A DNA stretch of 64,000 nt, from the NCBI GenBank assembly GCA_017962605.1, contig JAGCUY010000070.1, positions 2,095 to 66,094 of the forward strand, read 5' to 3'. The stretch's first letter is position 1, and every line of letters starts with the position of its first letter. Below, one piece after another: positions 34,123 to 43,973 of this stretch. Source of the DNA: Kiritimatiellia bacterium (GTDB lineage: Bacteria; Verrucomicrobiota; Kiritimatiellia; RFP12; JAAYLN01). The position numbers and the translations under genes are program-made. The notes beneath the pieces are model-generated. The model made no database searches, was not told the DNA's origin, and worked only from the letters and a program-made list of their open reading frames with translations.

Positions 34123-36780
34123 TTATTCGTCGGCGGGGACATCGGTGGGGATTTCGCCGTCGAGGTCAATGAGGATTTCGCGCGGGAGGGCGCCGCGTGA
34201 CGGCCCGACTATGCCGCGCTCTTCGAGCTGGTCGAAGATGCGGGCGGCGCGGCCGTAGCCGATGCCGAGGGCGCGTTGGAGCGACGAAGTCGATGCGCGG
34301 CGCGTCCTGCGGATGACGGCGATGGCGTCCTGGAAGAGCGGGTCGGTGCCGTCGCCGGAGTCCGCCGCGACATCGGGGCTTGCCTCCATCGCCGTGGAGG
34401 CGGGTGCGCTGGAGTGGCCGCCAGAACGGTCCTTCTCCTTGTCCTTGCCCTCGCCGGTGGTGGCCTCCAGCTGGCGCTGCGCCTCCTCGCTGTATTTCGG
34501 GCGGGCCTGGGAGCGGATGTATGTGGTGACCGCTTCGGCGTCGCCATCGGTGATGAAGGCGCCCTGCGCACGGATGGTCTTTCCGGTGCGCGGGTTGAGG
34601 AAAAGCATGTCGCCCTTGCCGATGAGGGATTCCGCGCCCATGCGGTCGATGATGGTCTTGCTGTCGTTCTTCTGCGCCACCTGGAAGGCGATACGGCCTG
34701 CGATGTTGGCCTTGATGGTGCCGGTGACGATGTTCACCGTGGGGCGCTGGGTGGCGAGGATGAGGTGGATGCCGACGGCGCGTGACTTCTGCGCGAGGCG
34801 GGTGATGCCGTCCTCGATCTCCTTCTTCACCTGAAGCATCAGGTCGGCCATTTCGTCGATGACGATGAGGATGTAGGGGAGCTTGTCGGGGAGTTCGCTG
34901 GCGGGGTCGTCGTCTTGCGTGTCCTCGAACATGTCCTGCTGGACGGGAACGTGCTTGCGGTTGTTGAAGGAAGCGATGTTCTTTACCCCGGCGGTGCTCA
35001 GCATCTGGTAGCGGCGCTCCATCTCGTGGATGGCCCAGATGAGGCCAAGCGCAACCTTCTTGGGGTCGGTGATGACGGGGACGACCAGGTGCGGGATGTC
35101 CCTGTATCCGGCGAACTCGACGACCTTGGGGTCAACGAGGATGAGCTTCAGCTCTTCGGGCGTGCGGCTCATCAGGAGGCCGGTGAGCATGGCGTTCATG
35201 CAAACGGACTTGCCGGAACCGGTGGCGCCGGCGACGAGGAGGTGCGGCATTTCCGTCATGTCAACGACGAGGTCGTGGCCGCTGGCGTCCTTGCCGAGCA
35301 GGAGCGGGAGGTTGTACTTACGGACGGCGGCGCGCCAGGTGTCGCCTTCGAGGACCTCGCGGACGGTGACGGAGCGGGCGACGCGGTTGGGGACCTCAAT
35401 GCCGCAGACGCCCTTGCCGGGAATTGGAGCCTCGATGCGAAGGGACTTGGCCTTGATGCGCATCTCAAGGGTCTTGTCCATCGCGGCGACCTGCTCGGGG
35501 CGAATGCGCTGCGCGGGGAGGAACTCGTAGGTGGTGATGACCGGCCCGACCTCGACATGGGTGATGTCGCCGGGAACGCGGAACTCGGCGAGTGTGGCGG
35601 CGATGTTCGCCGCAGTCTCCTCGGTGTCGCCGGCGTCGGCCTCGCCCTCGGGGATAGGTGAGAGCAGGTCGATGGAGGGGGAGACATAGGGCTTTTCTTC
35701 GGCGGAGAGGGCGGCCGCTGGTGTGCCCGCCGTGGCAGGCGCGGTTTGAAGAACCGCGCCGACAGGACGGGAGACGACGGAATCAGGACGGGAGGGGGAT
35801 ACGCGGGACGGAGCCCGCGAATCAGGACAGGAGGGTATGCTGGACGGAGCCGGAGAATCGGGGCGGGAGGGGGCGGGTTCGGGTTGTGGCTCTGGTTCGG
35901 ATTCGCGCCGGGCCTCCTCGATGGCGGCGCGGCGGCGCTCCTCGGCGGCTTCTCGTTCAAGGCGCAGGCGCTCCTTTTCCGCCTCGTATGCGCGCTCGCG
36001 TTCGGCGCGTTGCTCCTCTTTGGCGCGCAGACGCTCCTCCTTCTCAAAGCGGCGCTGCTCCTTCTCGGCCTCGCGCTCCTGGCGCAGGCGATCCTTCTCG
36101 GCCTGCTTCGCGGCCTTGGCCTCCTCGCGGAGACGACGCAGCTCCTCCTGTTCCGCACGTCGGCCCTCATCCATGCGGGCCATTCGCCAAGCGCGGAATT
36201 TTTCCCAAAGAGATGCGAAAAGGTTGCGCCAGTTCCGCCAGCCAACACCGAAGACAATCGCGATTATGGCAAGCACAAGGACAATCTGCGTGCTCCCCAC
36301 TCGCCCGAGGACTGGCCGCAGGCATTCGGTCATCATGAACCAGCCAATTGCGCCGCCAGCGCTCTTGAGGTTCAGGGCCTCGCATTTCGCCTGGAAGCCG
36401 CCGGCCTCAAGCAGCGCCGAAATGCAAGACTGAAGAAGCAGCGCCCAAAGTAACTTGCGCCAGGGGTGCGGCATCTTGTCCGTGACCATCAAGTAGCCGA
36501 AAAGCAGCATCCAAACGGGCAGGAGCCAAATCCCGAGGCCGAAAAGTGTGTAGCCAAAGAAAGTGCCAATAGCGCCCGCCATGCCTACAAGGTTGCGGAC
36601 ATCGCCGGTACCGCCGGCGTGGAGCCACGGGACATCGTGCCAGTCATAGCTCGCTATGCTCAGCAGTGGAAAGCTTACAAGCAAAATGAGAACGAACCCC
36701 ACGATACGTGTCGTGACGGTTGGTTCGTATTCTTCTTCTTCCAAACGTTTGTTGGATCGACCTTTCGAATTCAGCATCAT
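34123..36780 (-). CDS. ftsK: DNA translocase FtsK
   Basis: N-terminal 4-TM domain, Pro/Glu/Ala-rich linker, motor domain with Walker A (GATGSGKS) and a C-terminal gamma winged-helix (TSSLQRALGIGYGRAARIFDQLEERGIV). Confidence 0.85.
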   Translation of the reverse strand: MMLNSKGRSNKRLEEEEYEPTVTTRIVGFVLILLVSFPLLSIASYDWHDVPWLHAGGTGDVRNLVGMAGAIGTFFGYTLFGLGIWLLPVWMLLFGYLMVTDKMPHPWRKLLWALLLQSCISALLEAGGFQAKCEALNLKSAGGAIGWFMMTECLRPVLGRVGSTQIVLVLAIIAIVFGVGWRNWRNLFASLWEKFRAWRMARMDEGRRAEQEELRRLREEAKAAKQAEKDRLRQEREAEKEQRRFEKEERLRAKEEQRAERERAYEAEKERLRLEREAAEERRRAAIEEARRESEPEPQPEPAPSRPDSPAPSSIPSCPDSRAPSRVSPSRPDSVVSRPVGAVLQTAPATAGTPAAALSAEEKPYVSPSIDLLSPIPEGEADAGDTEETAANIAATLAEFRVPGDITHVEVGPVITTYEFLPAQRIRPEQVAAMDKTLEMRIKAKSLRIEAPIPGKGVCGIEVPNRVARSVTVREVLEGDTWRAAVRKYNLPLLLGKDASGHDLVVDMTEMPHLLVAGATGSGKSVCMNAMLTGLLMSRTPEELKLILVDPKVVEFAGYRDIPHLVVPVITDPKKVALGLIWAIHEMERRYQMLSTAGVKNIASFNNRKHVPVQQDMFEDTQDDDPASELPDKLPYILIVIDEMADLMLQVKKEIEDGITRLAQKSRAVGIHLILATQRPTVNIVTGTIKANIAGRIAFQVAQKNDSKTIIDRMGAESLIGKGDMLFLNPRTGKTIRAQGAFITDGDAEAVTTYIRSQARPKYSEEAQRQLEATTGEGKDKEKDRSGGHSSAPASTAMEASPDVAADSGDGTDPLFQDAIAVIRRTRRASTSSLQRALGIGYGRAARIFDQLEERGIVGPSRGALPREILIDLDGEIPTDVPADE
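35729..35875. repeat. GC-rich hairpin repeat element copy 3 plus adjacent tandem GGACGGAGCC-GAATCAGG repeats, in frame within the ftsK linker
   Basis: gccgtggcaggcgcggtttgaagaaccgcgccgacaggacgggagacgacggaatcaggacgggagggggatacgcgggacggagcccgcgaatcaggacaggagggtatgctggacggagccggagaatcgggg. Confidence 0.8.
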
Positions 36781-36887
36781 TGCGTCCGCCTAAAACAAAA
36801 CACCATATTTTATTATAATTCGACAAGAATATCCACTTTGCCACAGCCGCGTTGCCGATTCCGCAAAAATGATAGAATCTTTTAATC

Positions 36888-38522
36888 ATGAAACTCGATT
36901 GCACGCTAGTTCCTTCCACACTTCGCATTTTCCCGAACGACGCCCTTCCGGCGCGTTCACTGTCCTCGATTGACGCCGCCCTAAACGAGCGGTTCTCTTT
37001 CCAATTGGGGCTTCGCGCCGACGAGGCGGTTCGCGTCCGCGTGTCGCTAGTCGGCCCGGAAGGGTGGTCGTTGAGAGTCCGCCGCGTGGGCTTCGTCCCC
37101 ATGCCGCACCACAACACCCTCATCATAAGAGACCCGCTGGACACCGACGGCCTCGGCCGCATCCCAGGCTTCGTCCCAGACCCGCTCTTCGACGAAAGCG
37201 AATTCTCCCTCCCGCAATCTGAAACGAACGCCTTTTGGTTCACGGTGACGCCATCTGCAGGCGCCGATCCTGGGCGCCACCGCCTCCAAGTGACGGTTGA
37301 GACATTCGACGAAAAAGGCAACCCGGCGGGGCGTCCGCGCCGCCTTGCGCTCATCGTGCGGCTGCACAACGTGCGCCTCGCCAAGCGCAGCGGGTTCCAT
37401 GTCACCCACTGGCTCTACACCGACTGCCTAATGGACCGTTACGGAACTGACGGCTTCGACGAAAAGTTCTGGCGCATCCTTCCCGCCTATTTGCGCAACG
37501 TCGTCGAGCATGGGCAGGACACGATCTACGTGCCGATGTTCACGCCGCCGCTCGACGGAGTGAAGCGCCCCTCGCAGCTCCTGCGCGTCAAGCGCCGCAA
37601 AGGCGGCGGCTATGAATTCGACTGGACGGATGTGCGGCGCTACGTCCGGCTGGCGAAAAAGTGCGGGCTCGGCACATTCGAGTGGTGCCACCTCTTCGCG
37701 CAATGGGGGTGCCGCCATGCCCTCCGCATCTACGAAGGGCAGGGGAAAGACGAAAAACTCCTCTGGCCGGAAGAGACACCCGCGACCTCGCCAATCTACC
37801 GCGACTTCCTAGCGCAGCTGCTTCCCGAACTGCGCGCCTTCCTGCGCGACGAACGCATACTTGGCGCGTCGCTCTTCCACCTCTCGGACGAACCGTCTGG
37901 GGAGGAGGCGCGCGTCAACTACGCGGCGGCAAAGAGCATGCTGGTCGGCATCGCGCCATGGATGCGCTTCATCGACGCAGTTTCGGAAATCGAATTCGGC
38001 AAGGGCGGCCTCATAGACACGCCGGTTCCGAGCATCCATACGGCACTCGACTTCCATGCGGCAGGCATATCGAGCTGGTGCTACTACTGCTGCGGGCCTC
38101 GCGGCCCCTTCCTCCAGCATCTGCTCGACACGCCTCTGGCAAAGGTCGCCATGCACGGGTTCCTCTTCTGGCGCTGGCCCTTCCTCGGCTTCCTGCACTG
38201 GGGGCTCAACTATTGGAACCAGCGCGGCACGCGCACGCCCATCGACCCATTTGCCGTGTGCGACGCGGGCGCCTGGCCGATTTGGGCCTACGGCGACACC
38301 TTCCTCATCTACCCCGGCCCAGATGGCCCGATTGACTCGATGCGCTGGGAGGTCTTTGCCGAAGCAATGCAGGACTACGCCCTTTTGCAGACGCTGGGCG
38401 TCGCCCGCGACAATGCCATTCTCGCGCCGCTGCGCTCCTTCTCCGATTTCCCGAAAGACGCGGAGTGGCGCATTGCCGCCCGCCGCCGCCTATTCGCCCT
38501 TGCGGAGCGCTCCGCTCTTTGA
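36888..38522 (+). CDS. hypothetical protein, possibly DUF4091/glycoside-hydrolase-like
   Basis: 544 aa, no signal peptide seen. HLSDEPSGEE and W/Y/C-rich C-terminal segment are only vaguely reminiscent of DUF4091 (GH123-like) proteins. Confidence 0.3.
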   Translation: MKLDCTLVPSTLRIFPNDALPARSLSSIDAALNERFSFQLGLRADEAVRVRVSLVGPEGWSLRVRRVGFVPMPHHNTLIIRDPLDTDGLGRIPGFVPDPLFDESEFSLPQSETNAFWFTVTPSAGADPGRHRLQVTVETFDEKGNPAGRPRRLALIVRLHNVRLAKRSGFHVTHWLYTDCLMDRYGTDGFDEKFWRILPAYLRNVVEHGQDTIYVPMFTPPLDGVKRPSQLLRVKRRKGGGYEFDWTDVRRYVRLAKKCGLGTFEWCHLFAQWGCRHALRIYEGQGKDEKLLWPEETPATSPIYRDFLAQLLPELRAFLRDERILGASLFHLSDEPSGEEARVNYAAAKSMLVGIAPWMRFIDAVSEIEFGKGGLIDTPVPSIHTALDFHAAGISSWCYYCCGPRGPFLQHLLDTPLAKVAMHGFLFWRWPFLGFLHWGLNYWNQRGTRTPIDPFAVCDAGAWPIWAYGDTFLIYPGPDGPIDSMRWEVFAEAMQDYALLQTLGVARDNAILAPLRSFSDFPKDAEWRIAARRRLFALAERSAL

Positions 38523-38557
38523 TATCATTGAAGCGAACTAACCCCAAATCACCCAAA

Positions 38558-39865
38558 ATGTCAGAAATTCGCGTAAGATTCGCCCCGTCGCCAACGGGAC
38601 AGGTGCACATCGGAAACATCCGTGCCGCTATTTTCAACTGGCTATACGCGCGCCATGTCGGAGGCAAGTTCCTCCTGCGCGTCGAGGACATCGACCTCGA
38701 ACGCTCCACGCCGGAAGCCATAAAGGCGCTGCTCGACGTCATGCAGTGGCTGCGCCTCGACTACGACGAACCAGAAGTTTACCAGACCCACAATGTCGCC
38801 CGTCACCTCGCCTGTGCCGAAGCCCTCCTGGCCTCCGGCCACGCCTACAAGGCCGAGAAAGCCACCAAGGACGGCAAGACCGGCGAAGTCGTGATCTTCC
38901 GCATGCCGAAGGAAGGCATCCTCTCCTACGACGACCTTGTCAAGGGTCACATGGAGAAGAAGGCCGCCGACACGCAGGACTTCGTTATCGTGCGGTCCGA
39001 TGGCTCGCCGGTCTTCCACCTAGCCAATGTCGTCGATGACCTCGACCAGGGCATCACCCACGTCATCCGCGGCGACGACCACGTGGAGAACACCTTCAAG
39101 CACCTGGCCCTCTTCCGCGCCCTAGGGGCCGAACCCCCGCGCTACGGCCACCTGCCGATGATCGTGAACGCCCAGGGCAAGCCCTACTCCAAACGCGACG
39201 GAGCGGCCTTCGTGGGCGAGTTCCGCGACCAGGGCTATCTGCCCGACGCCCTCTTCAACTACCTCCTGCTCCTCGGCTGGAATCCGGGCGACGACCGCGA
39301 GGTCCTCACCCGCGACGAGATGGTCGATCTCTTCACGCTGGAGGCGTGCCACAGCTCCCCGGCGAAGTTCGACATCAAGAAACTCACCTGGATGAACGGC
39401 GAATACATCCGTCGCGCGCCTGCGGCAGAGTTCGAGGCCGAGCTGCGCCGCCGCGTCGCCGCCGCCGGACTCACCATCCCCGAAGGCTTCGATGTTCCGT
39501 TCCTCGTCCAGCAGCTTCAAGTGCGCACGAAGTTCTGGGGCGACATCCCCGGCAACTGCGCCTACTTCTTCACCGACGACTACGAGTTCGACCAGAAGGC
39601 AGTCGAGAAGCGCCTGTCTGGACCGGAGGTTCCGGCGCTGCTGGAAGACCTCGCCAACCGCTTCGAGGCGCTTGAACCCTGGACGGCGGCCGCCGGCGAG
39701 GAAATGGTGAAGCAACTCTCGCAAGGCAACGGCATGGGACCGTGGGTCCACCCCATCCGCGTGGCCGTCTCAGGCCGCATGGAAGGGCCGGGATTATTCG
39801 AGATGCTCCAGCTCCTCGGCCGCGAAAAGACGGTGGCGCGCCTCCGCCGCGCCGCGAGAAGGTAG
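38558..39865 (+). CDS. gltX: glutamate--tRNA ligase
   Basis: Class I aaRS HIGH (PSPTGQVHIGN) and KMSKS-like (KFDIKKLTWMNG region) motifs. Typical GluRS N-terminus MSEIRVRFAPSPTG. ATG at 38558. Confidence 0.85.
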   Translation: MSEIRVRFAPSPTGQVHIGNIRAAIFNWLYARHVGGKFLLRVEDIDLERSTPEAIKALLDVMQWLRLDYDEPEVYQTHNVARHLACAEALLASGHAYKAEKATKDGKTGEVVIFRMPKEGILSYDDLVKGHMEKKAADTQDFVIVRSDGSPVFHLANVVDDLDQGITHVIRGDDHVENTFKHLALFRALGAEPPRYGHLPMIVNAQGKPYSKRDGAAFVGEFRDQGYLPDALFNYLLLLGWNPGDDREVLTRDEMVDLFTLEACHSSPAKFDIKKLTWMNGEYIRRAPAAEFEAELRRRVAAAGLTIPEGFDVPFLVQQLQVRTKFWGDIPGNCAYFFTDDYEFDQKAVEKRLSGPEVPALLEDLANRFEALEPWTAAAGEEMVKQLSQGNGMGPWVHPIRVAVSGRMEGPGLFEMLQLLGREKTVARLRRAARR

Positions 39866-39884
39866 GGTGGTGTCGGAGGCCAGC

Positions 39885-41186
39885 ATGGCAAGGCAGCAGT
39901 CAAAGACATCCAAGACAGTGACCGCGCCAGCACTGGCCATCGACGGCGGCCCGAAGACACTTTCGCGGCCGCTGCCGCCCTGGCCGCAATTCGACCGCGC
40001 CACCGACGCCAAGGTCCTCGACATCCTCCACAGCGGCCGCGTCAACTACTGGACGGGCCCCTGCGGCCGCGCCTTCGAGGAGGCCTTCGCAAAATGGCTG
40101 GGGACAGGCAACGCCGTAGCCGTGACCAACGGCACGGCCGCCCTGCATGTGACCCTAGCAGCATTGGGCGTAGGCCCGGGCGACGAGGTCGTCTGCACGC
40201 CATATTCATTCATGGCCTCCTCCTTCTGCGCCCTCCAGGCCGGGGCGCGTCCGGTCTTCGCCGATGTCGGCGAAGACCATCTCCTCAACGCCAAAACGAT
40301 CGAGGCGGCGATCACGCCGCGCACGAAGGCGGTTGTGGTAGTCCACCTCTACGGCCTCGTGGCCGACATGGATCCGATTGTCGAAATGGCGCGGCGGCGG
40401 GGGATATTCATAATAGAAGACTGCGCCCAATGCCTCGGCGGCACCTACAAGGGTAGAAAAGTCGGAACACTTGGCGACGTCGGCTGCTTCTCCTTCTGCC
40501 AGAGCAAGCACTTCACCACAGGCGGCGAAGGCGGCATGGTCTGCTGCAACGACGACGCCCTGGCATGGGAGTGCCGTTCGCTGCGTGATCACGGCTGCGA
40601 CATCGCGGCGCGGCTACTCGGCACCGGCAACGGCAAGGCGACAATATTCAAGCGCGTGGGCTACAACTTCCGCATGACCGAACTCCAGAGCGCGATTGGC
40701 CTCGGCGAACTCGCCCGCTTTGACAAATGGAACCTCCCACGCCGCGCCAGGCTCGCAAAGGCGCTCCTCGATGGCCTCGCCGGACACCCGCTCGTGAAGC
40801 GGCTCCCTCAGCCAACGCCAGAGCGGACGCCATCCTTCTGGCTCGTTCCGGTGACATTGGACATGAAGCGGCTAAAGAAAGGCGTAACGGCGTTGCGCTT
40901 CGCCCAGGCGCTACAGGCGGAAGGGGTTGGCGCATACGCAATCCTCTGGCCGGAGATGTTCCGAGAAGAAGCCTTCCAGAAAAGGCGCGGCTTTGGATCA
41001 AAGGGCTACCCATTTGGGGACCCTTCCTTTGGCGAACCCATCGACTACACCAAGTGCCGCTGCCCGGTGGCGCATAGGCTGCTGGCATCGACCATTGGCT
41101 TCTGGGTTCACCCCACCTACGCTCCGGCGCACATGCGCGCCGCCGTGGCCGCATTCAGGAAAGTGGCCGACGCCTGGATGGCGTAG
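39885..41186 (+). CDS. DegT/DnrJ/EryC1/StrS-family PLP-dependent aminotransferase
   Basis: Fold-type I aminotransferase. NGTAALHV, C-terminal domain, and the catalytic-Lys region (FSFCQSKHFTTGEGG) typical of DegT-family sugar aminotransferases. A GTG at 39867 is an alternative start. Confidence 0.7.
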   Translation: MARQQSKTSKTVTAPALAIDGGPKTLSRPLPPWPQFDRATDAKVLDILHSGRVNYWTGPCGRAFEEAFAKWLGTGNAVAVTNGTAALHVTLAALGVGPGDEVVCTPYSFMASSFCALQAGARPVFADVGEDHLLNAKTIEAAITPRTKAVVVVHLYGLVADMDPIVEMARRRGIFIIEDCAQCLGGTYKGRKVGTLGDVGCFSFCQSKHFTTGGEGGMVCCNDDALAWECRSLRDHGCDIAARLLGTGNGKATIFKRVGYNFRMTELQSAIGLGELARFDKWNLPRRARLAKALLDGLAGHPLVKRLPQPTPERTPSFWLVPVTLDMKRLKKGVTALRFAQALQAEGVGAYAILWPEMFREEAFQKRRGFGSKGYPFGDPSFGEPIDYTKCRCPVAHRLLASTIGFWVHPTYAPAHMRAAVAAFRKVADAWMA

Positions 41187-41226
41187 TGGCGTTTGATTGT
41201 TTTTTCGGGAATGGAGAACTGACTCT

Positions 41227-42537
41227 ATGAGCGATAAAAGAACGGAACAGGACGCGGGCGCGCCACGGCTGGAAGTAGTGGCCGGGCCTGACAAAGGGCT
41301 TGTTTTCGCCCTGCCGGAAGGCGTGGCGACAGTAGGTCGCGCCGGAAACAGCACCCTTGCCCTGAAGGACCCGCTGCTCTCGCGGCAGCACTGCCAGTTT
41401 TCGCGCAACGGCTCAAAGGTCGAGGTCGCCGACCTCGACAGCGCCAATGGCACAATCGTGAACGGAGTAGAGGTGCCGTCCGCCACGCTGAAGGACGGCG
41501 ACGAGATCCTCCTCGGCGACACCCGCCTCATTTTCAGGGCAGGGGGGAGCGCCGCAGAGGCGCCACTCGTTGACCTCGGCTTCGACTCGCCGGAGGACGT
41601 GGCGTCCGATTCAGCCACGCGCCCGAACTGGCGTCCGCTGATTTGGGCCATCGCGGCAGTGGCGGTCGTGGCGATAGCCGCGTCATTCATACTTCGCGGC
41701 GGCTCGGCGCCAACGGAGCCGAAGATCGTGGCACCAGTGGAGGCACCTGTCCTGCCGCTTGTGGTGCGCTACGAGAAGGTCGAGGCAAACGACTCCAACA
41801 TCTTCCGCTACGGGATGGAGCTTTCCCCATCGCGGATGCTCTCCATTGAAATCGACGACCTAAGCGAAGACCGCCATGTGCGCAAGAGCGCCGAAGTGCC
41901 CGTCGAGAATGTGGAGCGGCTGGCCCGGCGCCTGGAGAAGGCCGGGATGTTCGCTCTTGAAAGCCCATCGCAGGGAATCTCGCCGGATGGCTCGCTCATG
42001 CGCAGGTCGGTGTCGGTCGCGTCGGGCAAGCGCTTTGGCGAGGCGGTCGTTGAGAACCGCGTCGTTCCGCCCGCCATTTCCGATGTATGCGACCTGCTTG
42101 AGACATTCGGGCGAAACGAGCTTGGAATCTGGGCCGTCCAGTATCCCACCGAGAAGTTAATTGAGCTGGCGCGCGAGTCATTCACCAGGGCGCGGAACCT
42201 CTTTGAGCAGCGCGACATCTCCCACGGGAACCTATATGACTCGGTCAAGGCTTGCCGCGAGTCGATCTTCTACTTGGAGACAGTAGAGCCAAAGCCTGAC
42301 TTCAACGTCGAGATGCTAGATCTGCTCGAAGACGCGGAGGCCGAACTCTCCCGCCGCTACGAGGAGCAGCGTTTCCGCGCCGACCGCGCAATCAACCTGA
42401 AGGAGTGGCAGACTGCCGCAGAGGAGCTGCGCATCCTGCGGGAGCAGATTCCAGACGAGGACGATCCGCGCAACGCGGACGCCACTCGCAAGCTGCTTGA
42501 CGTTGAGAACCGCATAAGGAAGGGGAAGGGGAAATGA
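41227..42537 (+). CDS. FHA-domain membrane protein
   Basis: FHA signature (TVGRAGNSTLALKDPLLSRQHCQF ... GSKVEVADLDSANGTIVNGVEV), followed by a single TM (LIWAIAAVAVVAIAASFIL) and a C-terminal helical domain. Confidence 0.65.
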   Translation: MSDKRTEQDAGAPRLEVVAGPDKGLVFALPEGVATVGRAGNSTLALKDPLLSRQHCQFSRNGSKVEVADLDSANGTIVNGVEVPSATLKDGDEILLGDTRLIFRAGGSAAEAPLVDLGFDSPEDVASDSATRPNWRPLIWAIAAVAVVAIAASFILRGGSAPTEPKIVAPVEAPVLPLVVRYEKVEANDSNIFRYGMELSPSRMLSIEIDDLSEDRHVRKSAEVPVENVERLARRLEKAGMFALESPSQGISPDGSLMRRSVSVASGKRFGEAVVENRVVPPAISDVCDLLETFGRNELGIWAVQYPTEKLIELARESFTRARNLFEQRDISHGNLYDSVKACRESIFYLETVEPKPDFNVEMLDLLEDAEAELSRRYEEQRFRADRAINLKEWQTAAEELRILREQIPDEDDPRNADATRKLLDVENRIRKGKGK

Positions 42538-42650
42538 AGTTGGGAAGTTGGGAAGTTGGGAAGTTGAAAGGTTGGGAAGTTGAAAAGTTGAAAGGTAGAA
42601 AGGTTGAAAAGTTGGGAAGGGGAAGTTTAGATGTTTGGAAGGTAGGAAGG
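42538..42650. repeat. tandem octamer repeats (GTTGGGAA / GTTGAAAG)n
   Basis: aagttgggaagttgggaagttgaaaggttgggaagttgaaaagttgaaaggtagaaaggttgaaaagttgggaagg. Confidence 0.8.
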
Positions 42651-42671
42651 GCGCTGGTGGCGGTGGTGATG

Positions 42672-43973
42672 GAGGCGCCGGTGGTGGCTGCCGTTCCGGC
42701 GCAGCCTGCCTGTAGGGTCGAGATAGAGGCTGATCCGGCTGGCGCGGAAATCTTGCTGGACCACAAGCCGCTTGCGGACTGGCCTGGAGCGATGTCCGTA
42801 GAGCCTGGCAAGTGGGAAGTGCGGCTTGATCCGGGCGACTACCTCGTCGGCTTCAAGGCCGAGGACTACGATCCGGCTACCGCGCCGCTGCGTGTCAGGC
42901 AGGGCGATGCCCGCGCCCTCGTGGCCCGCACGCTGGCCAAGACCACCGGTCTTGCGCTGCTGACAAGTGATCCGCCAGAGGCGGAGATCACCATTGACGG
43001 CGTTTCATTTGGCAGAACGCCGCGCATGATTTCCGATTTGGCCCTTGGCACATGGCAGGCGACATTCTCTCTGCCCAGCTTCAAGGCGCAGACTCTCCAG
43101 TTCACCCTCAAGGACCGCACACCAGTGGCGGTCGCCGCTAAGCTGTCTTCCGACTCCGCCACGCTAGAGATCGTAGCCAACGTGGCCGATGCCGAGATTA
43201 GCGTGAACGGCGCACCACGCGGACGAGCCCCTTGCACAGTCGAGCGCATCCCCGCTGGCGAAGTCGTAATTGAGGCGAAAGCCCATGGCTACCGCGACTT
43301 CACACTGAAGGTTCGCGTCGGCGAGGCGGAGCGCCTGCCAGTCGATGTGCGCATGGAGCCGCTTCCGGCCTCCCTCTCCGTGTATTCCATCCCCGTCGGC
43401 GCACGCGTCTATATCGACAACAACTACCGAGGGGAGTCGTCGCTTACGCTGGATGACCTCGCGCCCGGTGTCCACCGCATCCGCGTCGAGAAGGACGGGT
43501 TCGACCCGATGGCGCGCACAGTCTCGCTAGGGCGCGGCGACAGCGCGACAGAGGAGTTCAGGCTGCGGGCCAACACGGGCAAGCTCTCCATTACCTCCGT
43601 TCCGGCCGGCGTCACCGTGTTCGTCGATGGCGTGAAGTCCGGCGAAACGCCTCCAGGCGAAGTCAAAGACCTTTCGGGCGTCTTGGAAATTGACAGCGTC
43701 GCCGAGGGGCCCCATTCGCTGAAGTTCTCCAAGCCCGGATATTATGAGAAGAGTGCAGAATGCCTTGTCCGGCGCGGCGAGACGACGCTCCAGCGCATCG
43801 AGTTGGCGCGCCAGTTCATTCCCGACTACGAGGTGGTCACTGAGACAGGTGCGCACAAGGGCATATTCCTCTCGATCACACCCACGGCTGTGCGCATGGA
43901 GACAAGCCCCGGCGTGGTGAGCCAATACCCGATTTTGAACATCATCAGCCACGGGCCATTGAAGGAGAAATGA
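42672..43973 (+). CDS. PEGA-domain repeat protein (about 5 PEGA domains)
   Basis: Repeated PEGA-type motifs: PAGAEILLD, PEAEITIDGVSFGRTP, ADAEISVNGAPRGRAP, GARVYIDNNYRGES, PAGVTVFVDGVKSGETP. The 5' end of the track ORF (from 42534) translates the octamer repeat, so the true start is probably downstream, near 42672. Confidence 0.55.
   Translation, partial: EAPVVAAVPAQPACRVEIEADPAGAEILLDHKPLADWPGAMSVEPGKWEVRLDPGDYLVGFKAEDYDPATAPLRVRQGDARALVARTLAKTTGLALLTSDPPEAEITIDGVSFGRTPRMISDLALGTWQATFSLPSFKAQTLQFTLKDRTPVAVAAKLSSDSATLEIVANVADAEISVNGAPRGRAPCTVERIPAGEVVIEAKAHGYRDFTLKVRVGEAERLPVDVRMEPLPASLSVYSIPVGARVYIDNNYRGESSLTLDDLAPGVHRIRVEKDGFDPMARTVSLGRGDSATEEFRLRANTGKLSITSVPAGVTVFVDGVKSGETPPGEVKDLSGVLEIDSVAEGPHSLKFSKPGYYEKSAECLVRRGETTLQRIELARQFIPDYEVVTETGAHKGIFLSITPTAVRMETSPGVVSQYPILNIISHGPLKEK

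Noticed and set aside
36781-36887. AT-rich 107-bp spacer upstream of the DUF4091-like gene as a possible tRNA or small RNA
   Set aside because: No cloverleaf-compatible complementarity found by eye. It looks like an ordinary promoter region (ttgaca/tataat-like AT tracts).
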